Assembly: GCA_963777605.1 (NCBI GenBank)
Contig: CAVZRV010000027.1
Span: 448,001 to 512,000 of the forward strand
Length of the DNA stretch: 64,000 bases
DNA from: an uncultured Acidobacteriota bacterium
GTDB lineage: Bacteria > Acidobacteriota > UBA6911 > RPQK01 > JAPXNP01
Direction: 5' to 3'
A model generated the notes under the pieces. The model was not told where the DNA came from and ran no database searches. It was given only the letters and a program-made list of their open reading frames with translations. Numbering within the stretch: position 1 is the first letter of the stretch; every line of letters starts with the position of its first letter. A program made the translations under genes and the position numbers. Positions 1 to 9,813 of this stretch are shown piece after piece.

Positions 1-139
1 ATAATTATAAAACTTCAGAATAATCCAAAGTTTAGCTTTCGGTTTTTCTTGGGTTTTTACACTCTATGGAAATTCTTAATTGATCACGCATTTCAGGAGT
101 CGTGGTCATTCAATCTGTCCTCGCCTAAGGAGAATTCAG

Positions 140-913
140 TTGGCATCCTCAATTGAAGAGCTCAATCAGAGCTTCAGACAAGAATATTTAAAGGAGAGCT
201 TTCTGATTTCGTCAGTGCCGAAATGCGGGACGATGTTATTGCGCAACATATTGGTAATGTTTGTTCCATTGGAACAGATTCACTGGCCATTCTTGAGTCA
301 AGGAGATCTCGCGTCGGCTTTTGAGATAGCGCAACCAAATTTTTTTACCGGACATATTAACCGGACACCGCACACAATTCTAGTCCTCAAGAATGTTAGA
401 CAACTGGTTCTTATTCGGGATCCGCGAGAATACGTAATGGCATACTCTCGCTTTCTTTTCTCACCTGAAATCAAAGAGACCTGTGCGTTGGCGGCGTATG
501 CACAACATTATGGCCTCAGCCTCGGCGACCTGATACCGTGTGTCATAAAAGGATGGAGGCTTGAATTTGGTGAATTAAGAGAAGATCATCCTTCAGTTGC
601 GGTGATGTTTATTACCCATGCGCTGGCCTGGACGGGTAATGCCTACTTGGTAAGATATGAGCAGTTATGCCATGCGGTCAGCGACCTCAATTCAGAATTT
701 AGCCAGCAGTATTTCAGATCTCTGCTCGCTGCGTGTGGAATTCAGATGCCTGAAGATTGGAAGAAGAGAGTCGAGGTCGGGTCAGACCGCGCAATTAGTT
801 CCACAGCGTCGGAACGGTTTTCGGTACCGGGAAATCGGCAACACCTTACAGAAAGAGAACTTACTCTACTTAACGCAGCAGCACCCGGATTGCTTGACGC
901 TTTGGGCTACTAA
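140..913 (+). CDS. Sulfotransferase-domain protein
   Basis: 5'-PSB-like loop SSVPKCGTMLL, 3'-PB-like LIRDPREY and LVRYEQL. AAGGAG at 127-132 favours the in-frame TTG at 140 over the ORF-track start at 80. Confidence 0.7.
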   Translation: MASSIEELNQSFRQEYLKESFLISSVPKCGTMLLRNILVMFVPLEQIHWPFLSQGDLASAFEIAQPNFFTGHINRTPHTILVLKNVRQLVLIRDPREYVMAYSRFLFSPEIKETCALAAYAQHYGLSLGDLIPCVIKGWRLEFGELREDHPSVAVMFITHALAWTGNAYLVRYEQLCHAVSDLNSEFSQQYFRSLLAACGIQMPEDWKKRVEVGSDRAISSTASERFSVPGNRQHLTERELTLLNAAAPGLLDALGY

Positions 914-1440
914 TGTCGTTCGTCCGTCGATAGATCTTCACCGCCGCGACTCGGTCTGCGCTACCTGCGCCGTCACGTCCATTCCCCTCACTTCTTTGAC
1001 AAGGCCCGGTCCGCTCCCAACGTGATCCAGTTTCCCGTCGAGATCGCTCCGATCATTCGGACCGCGACTCGCGTTCTTGGGATTCCCGGCTACGGCTGAC
1101 TCGGCGAGCGACGGCCAAGCCGTCCCGGTCAGACCCATCAAGCACAAGCCCCAGGAACGAGAGCTTCAATTCCATCCCTTTGCCCTTCCGGAACATCCGA
1201 GCTTGCGGGTCGGTCATCGGCCGGTGCGTGTCGTTGCCCCACCTCTCACCGCGGAAGTTCACTCTCGGCCTACGCCCACTGCCCGCCGAATCGGGCTCCC
1301 TTGCCTCTTTCGATTCTTCTCCCTGACGCCGGCAGTCTTTCGTTCCGGCCCATGCCTCGACCAGCATGCCGTTTCGAAACCACTCCCACCTCAGATTGGC
1401 TCGAGCTTCTCAGCAGCCAGCCTGCCTTCTGCATTGAACC
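914..1440 (-). mobile_element. Degenerate IS5-family (DDE) transposase fragment
   Basis: Broken frames give LVEAWAGTKDCRR, VNFRGERWGNDTHRPMTDPQARMFRKGKGMELKLSF and DVTAQVAQTESRR*RSIDGRTT. These resemble IS5 transposase motifs (IEAWAS.KSF; F.GE.RSN.TH.S.TDP.ARL..K; VTPHVAQN..RRSAIDGRTT). Stops and frameshifts are present and no terminal IRs were seen. Confidence 0.8.
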
Positions 1441-1442
1441 CC

Positions 1443-3636
1443 TTACCAGTCCAGCGCCTCCTCCTCGCAAATGATAGCAGCGACATCCGAGGCCTCCGCG
1501 ACCAACGATACCCTCCTAGCCTGAAGGTCTTCCAGCCGGATAGAAGCCGATCCCCGATCACCACCATAATGCGTCATAAAGAGGCCCATCACTTGGGCGA
1601 CGCCTTCCGGCCGGACCGATCGAACATCTTCATGAAAAAATTCGCCCCTAGAATAGCTCCCAGTGATTATCTCAAAGGACGGAAAATAATCCACATTATC
1701 ATTCGAACGAGTCACTTCATCTGCAGCAACCCTGAGCACCGATTTGCTGTAGGTGGTGGAACACAGAACGTGTCGATTCTCATAGGTCGCCGTCAGGGAG
1801 ACAGGAGAAACCGTAAGTATCATCTTGGCGCAGGGATTGACAGCGTGCAATTGCCCAATGAAGCTCTGTAAATCGGATCTCACATCTTCTACCTTAAGAT
1901 TGACAAACTCATATTGTGAAAAGTCCATTCTCCCAGCTACTACACCTGGAGCCAATGGAAATACGGCTCCATCCGTTTTACTGCGCCACACCTCAGTCAG
2001 ACCCAGCGTGAAAACGAAGACCTCCAGCTCTTGAAACATCTTTCTCACTGCTTGCAAATGTGACCTTCTCGACTGCAGTAATGCCCGGGAATCGCTAAAT
2101 CCGGCAGGTTCCACTTGCGGTCGAAAAGGATCCACAAGCGTCCCATCGTCCCGTTCCCACGCGCCTTCTGCAGGGGTAAACCGCTCAAATGCACGGTCGA
2201 AAAGCTGCAACAACTGCCTTGACGAGTAGATATTTCCGTATCTCGCCGAATAGACACGAAAGTTTCTCTCCAATGCATCCGGCTCTGAAGAATCCTCCGT
2301 AATGAAGTAATTGAATCCGTTTCTGACTAAGCGCTCTCGAAATGTGCTGAGCAAAGCAGCTTCCCGCGGTAGAAACCTTATCCTCTTTCGCGATGTTGAA
2401 GCGAGGATTTGTGACGGGATCAACCTGCTCAATCGGCAGAGATGAAACGCTTCTCCGCCAAAACTGATAATCGGCGAGACCCTTGTACGGATTCAGGACC
2501 GATTCTTTGGCCGTATCTGAGAGCACATTTCTCTCACTTGACGAGCAAGAACCTCGGCCTTTATAGAGCTCACTGAATTTCCGGAATCGCTCAGCTTCAA
2601 CGATGGAGAATTTCGCTTCATCAGGCCGAGCATCGGAAAACTGTCTATATTGCAGTTCAATGAACCGATCTAGACCGTACCCCAATCTTTGTCTCTTATC
2701 AAACTCCAGGAATGTTATATCATGAAGAGAATTGAATGATTTAAGCTTAAAGTAGTAATCACTTTCAAATCCGTGTCTTAACGCGATCTCAGGATAGGGA
2801 CACCAGGAGGCTCCATTCGAATGGATGTCAAAGATATACTCTCCTTTCTGAGAATCGTGCTTTATGTTCTCTTTGGCCAGGAAAGCTCTTGCTATATCGA
2901 CAAGGAACTGAAATTTCGGATGATTGATCGAGTGCATGAAACACTCTTTCTTTGAGATCCATCGTTCAAGGATCGGACTTAATGGCAGCTTTGCTAGCAT
3001 TGCCTCGCGGCCAATATACCTTCGATCAGTACTATCCGCGTCGTAATATGCGAGAAGGTTGAATGTTCTCTCATTGTAAGCTGCCAGCGCCTCAGAAGGA
3101 GAGAGTCCCAGGATGAATGAGAAAGCTGCTATTCTTGAATTGTAGTCCCCGATCAGTTGGCCAGATTTCGCGCGTAAATAGACCATGTCCGGGTGAAACA
3201 TTGTTATAATTATATTGGGGAGTAGCCGGAGTCTTTCACTTGGTATATCAAAATGAGCGATCAGTTCTTCTGCGAAGGAGGAGTACCCATTTACAACACA
3301 GACCAGCTTTGCGTTGCTAAGTATGTGGGCTATGAAAAGTTCTCCACTTAGTATTTCTTCCTTCTTCTGCGAAGTTAGTTCGATCGATGTGCAACGCAGC
3401 GAGGTCATGGTTTCGATGATTCTCGCGTAGGCCGCGGCTTGACAGTTTCCAAGAATGAAAATATCTATATTGGATTCGTGCGCTCTATGCTTATGCTCTG
3501 AGGACCCTAGGAGCGCTCTCTTCAATTGAGAACTATCCAGCATAAGCATTTCCATGATCGCATCTTCAGATTCTGGAAGTCGGCCTAAGTACATCCGATA
3601 CGCCTTAATGACGTTTTCGCGGTTTACCTTGATCAT
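1443..3636 (-). CDS. WcbI-like polysaccharide biosynthesis domain fused to GSCFA-family domain (one frameshift near 2321)
   Basis: ORF 2185..3636 has GNCQA...HSINHP (WcbI-like), then NPY..L....FWRR and TAGSCFAQHISRAL. ORF 1443..2432 continues with VFVFTLGLTEVW, ILTVSPV, YSKSVLR and YFPSFEII. Removing one base from TTT 2320-2322 joins them (ALSQNGFNYF) into ~730 aa. Confidence 0.8.
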
Positions 3637-3706
3637 TCGAGCGAAACACCTCTCTCTGTGTGCGATTAGAATAACTCGAATTACTGCTGTTAGCGCACGG
3701 ACCTAA

Positions 3707-4009
3707 TTAATGGTTTCTGAGCATCGGATGTATCCCGGGCCCTAACAGGGCGATGACAAACGGTATCCCGAGAGTGTCCCAGACGACTCCTCTCGTCGTT
3801 TTGAGGTCGCATCCGTAGCCGTTGATCCCGAACGCAAACTCGCAACCTTCCCTGATGTCTGCTTCGAGTGGACGGCCATAGGCGGAATCGAGCAGATCGA
3901 TCACGGTCGCGCGATGTTCGAGTTGCCGAAATCCCTCAGCGATATCATCACTGAACACCCGGAGCGTGGAATAGAGGAAACCGCCTTTCAGCACGATGAG
4001 GTTCGCCAT
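3707..4009 (-). pseudogene. Truncated N-terminus of a CgeB-like/glycosyltransferase-associated protein
   Basis: 100-aa ORF (Y..LRVF...IAEGFRQL...VIDL...FAFGING...WDTLGIPFV) resembles the N-termini of such proteins and stops abruptly at the AT-rich junction. Confidence 0.4.
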
Positions 4010-4262
4010 CGCAGCTCAGCTTAACCGATCAGGCGACTGGTTGCGAGCAGGTGCCGACTCAGGCACATTCTTCGCGAAAACACCTTGAAACGTCTTTCGG
4101 AGAATGCTCGCGATCAAGGTCGGGTGGGAAATGCCACAAGCATGGGCCTCAACCTTGACAACACGGAAACGCGCCGAGTAATTCGTACATCGTGTGTCGC
4201 TTGTCAACACAAATGGCCACGTCTATCTGGGCGGGAAGTCGGAAGACCGATAGGAGCACAAG

Positions 4263-5375
4263 TTGAGTCAGCGCATCTTGATTGTGGGAGCCGGGTTCTT
4301 TGGGGCGGTTTGTGCCCGGGAGTTGGTGGATGCCGGGTGCGCGGTGCTGGTTTTGGAGGAGCGGGAGCACCTCGGGGGGAACTGCTTCACGGCGTATCAC
4401 CCGGAGGCGGACTGTCACCAGCACGTTTATGGCCCCCACATTTTCCACACCAACGACACCGCGGTCTGGGCGTATGTCAACCGGTTCGCCGAGTTCAACA
4501 ATTTCATCAACCGGCCGCGGGTCTCCTGCCAGGAGCGGATTTACTCCTTCCCGATCAACCTCTTCACCATGTACCAGGTGTTCGGGGTCAAGACGCCGGC
4601 GGAGGCGAGAGCCCGCATCGAGCAGGAGCGGGTTCCGATCGAGAAACCGGGGAATCTGGAGGAGTGGTGCCTGTCCCAGATCGGGCCGACCCTGTACGAG
4701 CTGTTCATCCGCGGGTACACTGCCAAGCAGTGGCAGACCGATCCCAGGAAACTCCCTACTTCCATCGTCCGGCGACTGCCGCTTCGGTTCACCTTTGAGG
4801 ACAACCACTACCGGGACCGCTTTCAGGGAATCCCCATCGGCGGCTACACCCGGATCTTCGAACGGCTGCTCGAGGACATTCCGGTGGAATATGGGGTGAA
4901 CTTTCTCGAGGACCGGGACGTCTGGATAGGGCGATTCGACCACACCATCTACACGGGGGCCCTCGACCGATTTTTCGACTTTTCTCACGGGGATCTCGAG
5001 TACCGCTCGCTGCGATTCGAATCGGAGATGCTGGCGATGAACGACTTTCAGGGCAACGCCATCATCAACTACACCGACGAGACGGTTCCCTACACCCGGA
5101 TCGTCGAGCACAAGCACTTCGACCAGTCGCTTTCGGCCCCGAAAACCCTGATCACCCGGGAATACTCCGTGACCTGGAACCGGCAACTGATCCCCTATTA
5201 CCCGGTCAACACAGAGGACAACCAGGCACGATACCGGCGCTACAGAGATGAACTGGAGCAGTTGAAGCTCCCGATGAGCATCGGGGGACGGCTGGCCGAG
5301 TACCGGCACTACGACATGCACCAGGTCATCGCGGGGGCGCTCAAGTTGTCGGCATCGCTGCTCGGGCGGAGTTGA
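4263..5375 (+). CDS. glf: UDP-galactopyranose mutase
   Basis: FAD motif IVGAGFFGAV, HLGGNC, YGPHIFHT, YTAKQW, LEYRSL, YTRIVEHKHF, GRLAEYRHYDMHQVI. AGGAG RBS before TTG. Confidence 0.96.
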   Translation: MSQRILIVGAGFFGAVCARELVDAGCAVLVLEEREHLGGNCFTAYHPEADCHQHVYGPHIFHTNDTAVWAYVNRFAEFNNFINRPRVSCQERIYSFPINLFTMYQVFGVKTPAEARARIEQERVPIEKPGNLEEWCLSQIGPTLYELFIRGYTAKQWQTDPRKLPTSIVRRLPLRFTFEDNHYRDRFQGIPIGGYTRIFERLLEDIPVEYGVNFLEDRDVWIGRFDHTIYTGALDRFFDFSHGDLEYRSLRFESEMLAMNDFQGNAIINYTDETVPYTRIVEHKHFDQSLSAPKTLITREYSVTWNRQLIPYYPVNTEDNQARYRRYRDELEQLKLPMSIGGRLAEYRHYDMHQVIAGALKLSASLLGRS

Positions 5376-5460
5376 AACAGCTCGAAAATCGATCCAACAA
5401 CCCGAAAGCCAACCAATTCACAATTACAGAATCACAGATAGAATATTCACAGAGGTGATG

Positions 5461-5562
5461 TCGTCCCGCTCGGGCGGGACTCGATACCTGGGTTGCCGGT
5501 CAACCCAGGATTCCGCTGCGCTTCATCCTGCGCGATTCCATTCCACCCCGCAAGCGGGGTTG
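5461..5562. repeat. REP-like multi-hairpin element between convergent glf and pseI
   Basis: Four inverted repeats: GTCCCGC/GCGGGAC (5463-5480), CCTGGGTTG/CAACCCAGG (5487-5509), CAGGAT/ATCCTG (5506-5530), ACCCCGC/GCGGGGT (5545-5560). Confidence 0.6.
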
Positions 5563-5625
5563 TTTCCCTGTTCCTGCCCTTGACCAAAACCCAAGACTGC
5601 TGAAAGCCGAAAACGTGCTCGGTGG

Positions 5626-6696
5626 TCAGTCATCCCGAAGGGGTCTTGGAGAATTCGATGAGGTCTGGAGAGCTTTCCCCAATATCTCTTTCCACCGTGA
5701 CGGCGACAGGCCTCCGGCGGGGCGGATGGAGCGAACGTTTTCCGAGGTGATGGTTTCTCCAGCCTGGACCGGCTTTACCACCCACAGCGACCGGCGGAAG
5801 TGCAGGCTTTGGGTTTCGCTGGGCGTCGGGGAGAAGGCCGCTCTTCCCAAGGCAGCTTCGGTTGTTCGAACCGCCTTGACTGTCTCCCGGAATGAGGCGG
5901 GGTCGAGAGAGAAACCGGCGTCGATTCCCTGCCCCGATTCCAGAGTCAGGTGCTTTTCCAGGAGGCTGGCTCCCAGGGTGACGGCGGCGATCGTCGCCAG
6001 TGAATCGCACGAATGATCGGAAAGGCCGGTCGGGCAGCCGAACCGGCTGAATAGTTCGGGAATTGCCCTGAGATTCATCTCTTCCGGCGGCGCCGGATAG
6101 GCACTGGTGCACTTCAGGAGCACTCGTTCGCGGCAACCGCCGACTCGGGCCGACTCGACGGCAGACTCGATCTCCTCCAGGGTTGCCATCCCGGTTGAGA
6201 TGATCAGCGGTATGCCGGTTTGAGCCGCATACTCGATCAGCGGAGTATCCACCAGTTCAAATGACGAGATCTTAATTGCGGGCACATCGAGCTGAGCCAG
6301 GAAATCGACCGAGGTCAGGTCGTAGGCAGTCGAGAAGAAAACGAGGCCCAGATCTTCAGCGATCTTCTTGAGCTCGGGTTGCCATTCCCAGGGCATGTAG
6401 GCTTGTCGGTAGAGTTCGTAGAGTCCTTTTCCCTCCCAGAGCGAGCCGGGGCCGTGGCGAAATTCGGGACCATCCGAGTCGATGGTCAGAGTGTCGGGCG
6501 TGTAGGTCTGGACCTTGATCGCGTCGGCGCCAGCGTCTTTGGCAGCATGGATGATGGCAACGGCACGGTTGAAATCCTGCCCGTGGTTGGCCGACATCTC
6601 GGCAACAACAAAAACCGGTTGTCCGGGGCCGACCAGGCGGTCGCCGATCGTAACCGGCAGGATTGAATGGGTGTTGTCAGAGTTCTGGTTTGCCAT
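5626..6696 (-). CDS. pseI: Pseudaminic acid synthase (NeuB family)
   Basis: VAEMSANHGQD, DAIKVQTYTPDTLTID, MPWEWQ, LLKCTSAYP, GLSDHS, EKHLTL and C-terminal SAF domain (FRRSL..RSIRPAGGL). Confidence 0.9.
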   Translation of the reverse strand: MANQNSDNTHSILPVTIGDRLVGPGQPVFVVAEMSANHGQDFNRAVAIIHAAKDAGADAIKVQTYTPDTLTIDSDGPEFRHGPGSLWEGKGLYELYRQAYMPWEWQPELKKIAEDLGLVFFSTAYDLTSVDFLAQLDVPAIKISSFELVDTPLIEYAAQTGIPLIISTGMATLEEIESAVESARVGGCRERVLLKCTSAYPAPPEEMNLRAIPELFSRFGCPTGLSDHSCDSLATIAAVTLGASLLEKHLTLESGQGIDAGFSLDPASFRETVKAVRTTEAALGRAAFSPTPSETQSLHFRRSLWVVKPVQAGETITSENVRSIRPAGGLSPSRWKEILGKALQTSSNSPRPLRDD

Positions 6697-6882
6697 GAGC
6701 TGATCCCAAATTGAAGAACTCTATAAGCCAGATCTTCAACTGCTGTTCCAGGAGCAGAATTCGCCGGGCAAGCTGCCCGGCCACCATTCCAGGCACGGCT
6801 GCCTGGATTACACCGCACCCAACCGCGCCAGTTCCTCCAGTTTTTCCAAGCCATCCAAGGTTGAAGTTTCCGCTCAGCCTTT

Positions 6883-7851
6883 CTAGAGAACGCTTTCCCC
6901 TCCGGCCGACAAATCGATTCGATCAACCGGATAGCGGGTCATTTTCAGTCCCGGAGTACCGCGGACGAACGCCGGCGGCGCGAAACCCTTATTCAAGGTT
7001 TCCCGGAAAAACCACCCAAAGGAGTTGAGGCCGGCGGCGACGGCGAGTGTTGAGGCTCCGCCAAATCGCGGGTTGCACTCGATCAGGTGGAGTTCACGCT
7101 GCCGGTCCTCGATCGCCTGAAAGACTGCATGCCCGCGGAGGTCCAGGATCTCCGCCGCCCGGCGGCACAACTTCTCAAGGCGAAGGTGACGGACCACTGT
7201 AGAAACCTGTGACTCTCCTGAGATCACCAGGTCGCGCGACCGAACCACGCAGCCCCAGACCTGCCGCGAGCGGGAACGGTAAAGATCGATGCTGTACTCC
7301 AATCCCTTGACGAACGGCTGAAAGACCGGGTCGGAAAACTCGCTGGCACGCAGCAGTGCATCCCCCTCAGGCACATCGAGCAGGAGCCGTCCGCTCCCCG
7401 ATCCAAAGCGCTCCTTGACAACCCATCGCTGGGTCCCAGCCAATTCACCCGGTTGCGCAAAGGTCGGCACGACTTCCGAGAGTGAATCCAGGGCTTTCGG
7501 AAACTGCAGCTTGTCCCGACAGGCCGTAATCGTTTCGGGGGCACTCACCATCACTTGAACGCCTGCGCCGTTCAACTCCTGGCTCCACCGGGCAAGTGTC
7601 TCCAGTTCCCCATCCCGCGAGGGAATCACCCAACTGATCCCCTCCCCAACGCAGTAACCACCCATATCAGCGACAGTCAACAGGTCAATCCGAGGCATCT
7701 TCCAGAACCGGTCTACGAACGCCCGGGCGATTGCGCGCGAATCCGAGTCAGCTCCGTATAACCGTCCCCCCGGAGCGGCCCGTGCCAGATCCCGGCGCAC
7801 CGCCTGGATCATCGGGACTTTGCGGGACACGCTCGTAATCAGAGCATTCAT
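6883..7851 (-). CDS. ATP-grasp domain protein (CarB-like, polysaccharide locus type)
   Basis: NALITSVSRK, VIPSRDGEL, CRDKL, VVKERFGSGS, VFQPFVKGLEYSID, IECNPRFGGA. Confidence 0.85.
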   Translation of the reverse strand: MNALITSVSRKVPMIQAVRRDLARAAPGGRLYGADSDSRAIARAFVDRFWKMPRIDLLTVADMGGYCVGEGISWVIPSRDGELETLARWSQELNGAGVQVMVSAPETITACRDKLQFPKALDSLSEVVPTFAQPGELAGTQRWVVKERFGSGSGRLLLDVPEGDALLRASEFSDPVFQPFVKGLEYSIDLYRSRSRQVWGCVVRSRDLVISGESQVSTVVRHLRLEKLCRRAAEILDLRGHAVFQAIEDRQRELHLIECNPRFGGASTLAVAAGLNSFGWFFRETLNKGFAPPAFVRGTPGLKMTRYPVDRIDLSAGGESVL

Positions 7852-9575
7852 AGGTTTTTCAAATGCTGGCGGGACTCTACCAGTGCCCTCAACTCCTCGA
7901 TGATCCGGGGAGTACCATCATCGACCACGGGAAGCTCGATCGGCGGATCGGCTGTGTCGATCCGACCCAGAATTCCATCCAAACCCGAAACCGATTCCAA
8001 GATCAACGGGCTGACGCCCAACCACCCGTAAAACCGTTCCGCGTCGGCCCTGTGAGCGCCGCTGTCGGGCAGGCAGACAGGGATGGACTGCAGGGAAACC
8101 GCCTCGTAGAAACTGGTTCCGAACCCGCTCAAAAACATCCTCGATCTCGACAGGTTCGCGAGGAAATCTGAAGAGAACTCCTCCGGCACCGCGAGACGGA
8201 TTCCTTTCGCGTGAGCCCAAAACCGGATCTGCTCGCGCTGCCTCGGGTCGTGCAGGTAGGCCAGCAAATCAATATCCTTCCGGGAGTTAGAACCCCACAG
8301 TAGTCGAACCTCCCTTCTCAGGATCAGATAGGAAGGGCCCTCGATGACCCTGCGGCCATCACCCTGAAGTTCTCTCCCCTTTCCCAGGACGTTGGGACCA
8401 ATGAGGAGGTCCGCTCCCTTGCTCCACTCCCGGAAATTCTCCACGGCCGCCACACAACCTTTCAGGTTGAACCGCTGTCGCCAACCCGGTCCGGGGTCCC
8501 GCTGATCGAAAATGTCGACAATGACGAGGTCATAGGCACCAAAGTGATTCTCGAATGTCGGGATCGACCGGGCCGAAGGTCTGGCCGGTCGCCCAAACGC
8601 TCCCCAGGAGACGACAAACCCCAGTTCAGAGAGCCCGGCGGCCGCGTCATCGTCGTCGACCACGAACCGAACCGGCCAGCTCAGTCGCTCAACGATCTGT
8701 CGACCGAGTTCAGCACAGCGCATGAGATGGCCAAACCCGTACGACCCACCAGCATCGAGCAGACAAAGTACTTTGCGGGGTCGTTCGTTCACCGTACGCT
8801 GGTGGACGTGGCCATTGATTTTGCGCAACTCCGGGGACTCCTTCAGAAGGCGGACAGCCTCGCGAAGATTGAATTCACGGCCAGCTGCCTGAAGCCGTCG
8901 CCAGATCGCGCTAAAGAACTCGAGATCGGCCACAGTATCGACCGAGAGGCGGTGATAGGGCAGGCAAACTTCCCGTGGGAGAACCAAACGCACGGGATGG
9001 AAAAGATCAGGACGTTGCCCCAAAAGGGGAAACTGGTGCTCTTTCAGCTCCGGCCGGTTGGCGAGATCATCCGCCAACTGCCAGGCCCGAAGCCGCCCTA
9101 TGACGATACCCTCCAGGCCCGGCGCACCCCCCTGCCCCACGATTTGGACATAGTCCCCGTCTTCAGCTTCCGCCAGCCCGGCAACCAGGCTGTCGATCGC
9201 CTCAGCCTGAAGCAGGGGACAGTCCCCACTCACAAGGACTCCGATGTCCGCCCGGTACAATTCGGCGGCCCGCCGCAGGCGCGTAGTGACATGATTGACA
9301 TCGCCCTCATACCAGAAACACTCGAGTCCCCTTTCCCGGCAGAATTCTTGAAGGGGTTCGTTCTCCGGTTCGTCGACCGTAGTCACTACGATCTCATCCA
9401 ACCGGCGGCAGCGGCGCAGTTCATCGATGGTCCACTGAATCAGAGGACGGTCACCAATCGGGCGCAACTGTTTGGCGGGAAGGCGAGAAGATGTCAGCCG
9501 AGCCACCACGAAGGCCACCACGCGGGAATGCCTCTCGGAACACACTGGTTTGCTGACTTCTGAGATCATCGACAA
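7848..9575 (-). CDS. Bifunctional SpsF/PseF-like cytidylyltransferase and SpsG/PseG-like UDP-sugar hydrolase
   Basis: N-terminal VVARLTSSRLPAK, VSGDCPL, RLSVDTVADL. C-terminal LDAGGSYGFGHLMRC, GPSYLILRREV, GFGTSFYEA. Confidence 0.8.
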   Translation of the reverse strand: MSMISEVSKPVCSERHSRVVAFVVARLTSSRLPAKQLRPIGDRPLIQWTIDELRRCRRLDEIVVTTVDEPENEPLQEFCRERGLECFWYEGDVNHVTTRLRRAAELYRADIGVLVSGDCPLLQAEAIDSLVAGLAEAEDGDYVQIVGQGGAPGLEGIVIGRLRAWQLADDLANRPELKEHQFPLLGQRPDLFHPVRLVLPREVCLPYHRLSVDTVADLEFFSAIWRRLQAAGREFNLREAVRLLKESPELRKINGHVHQRTVNERPRKVLCLLDAGGSYGFGHLMRCAELGRQIVERLSWPVRFVVDDDDAAAGLSELGFVVSWGAFGRPARPSARSIPTFENHFGAYDLVIVDIFDQRDPGPGWRQRFNLKGCVAAVENFREWSKGADLLIGPNVLGKGRELQGDGRRVIEGPSYLILRREVRLLWGSNSRKDIDLLAYLHDPRQREQIRFWAHAKGIRLAVPEEFSSDFLANLSRSRMFLSGFGTSFYEAVSLQSIPVCLPDSGAHRADAERFYGWLGVSPLILESVSGLDGILGRIDTADPPIELPVVDDGTPRIIEELRALVESRQHLKNL

Positions 9576-9579
9576 TAGA

Positions 9580-9813
9580 TCAGCGCTTGCTTAACCGAAG
9601 GCGCTTCAGCAGGTCATCCGAAGGGGATTCGGATCGACTCGCCCTCAAGTTCTGTTCGACGATAGCGTCGTAGACCTCTCGGCGGTGCACCGGGATGCGG
9701 CGGGGGGCGCTGATTCCGACACGGACCTGTTCCGTACCGACGGACAAGATCTTGATCTCGATCTCGTCCCCGATCATGAGACTCTCCCCCGACTTGCGCG
9801 TGAAAACCAGCAT
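9580..9813 (-). CDS. csrA: Carbon storage regulator CsrA
   Basis: MLVFTRKSGESLMIGDEIEI...VRVGISAPRRIPVHRREVY with the C-terminal helical extension of FliW-regulated CsrA. Confidence 0.97.
   Translation of the reverse strand: MLVFTRKSGESLMIGDEIEIKILSVGTEQVRVGISAPRRIPVHRREVYDAIVEQNLRASRSESPSDDLLKRLRLSKR

Noticed and set aside
4149-5321. Long antisense ORFs (e.g. 4149..5321, 8544..9563, 17731..18612, 43967..44860, 49675..50721, 53573..54670)
   Set aside because: Shadow frames opposite well-supported genes in GC-rich DNA, with no motifs.
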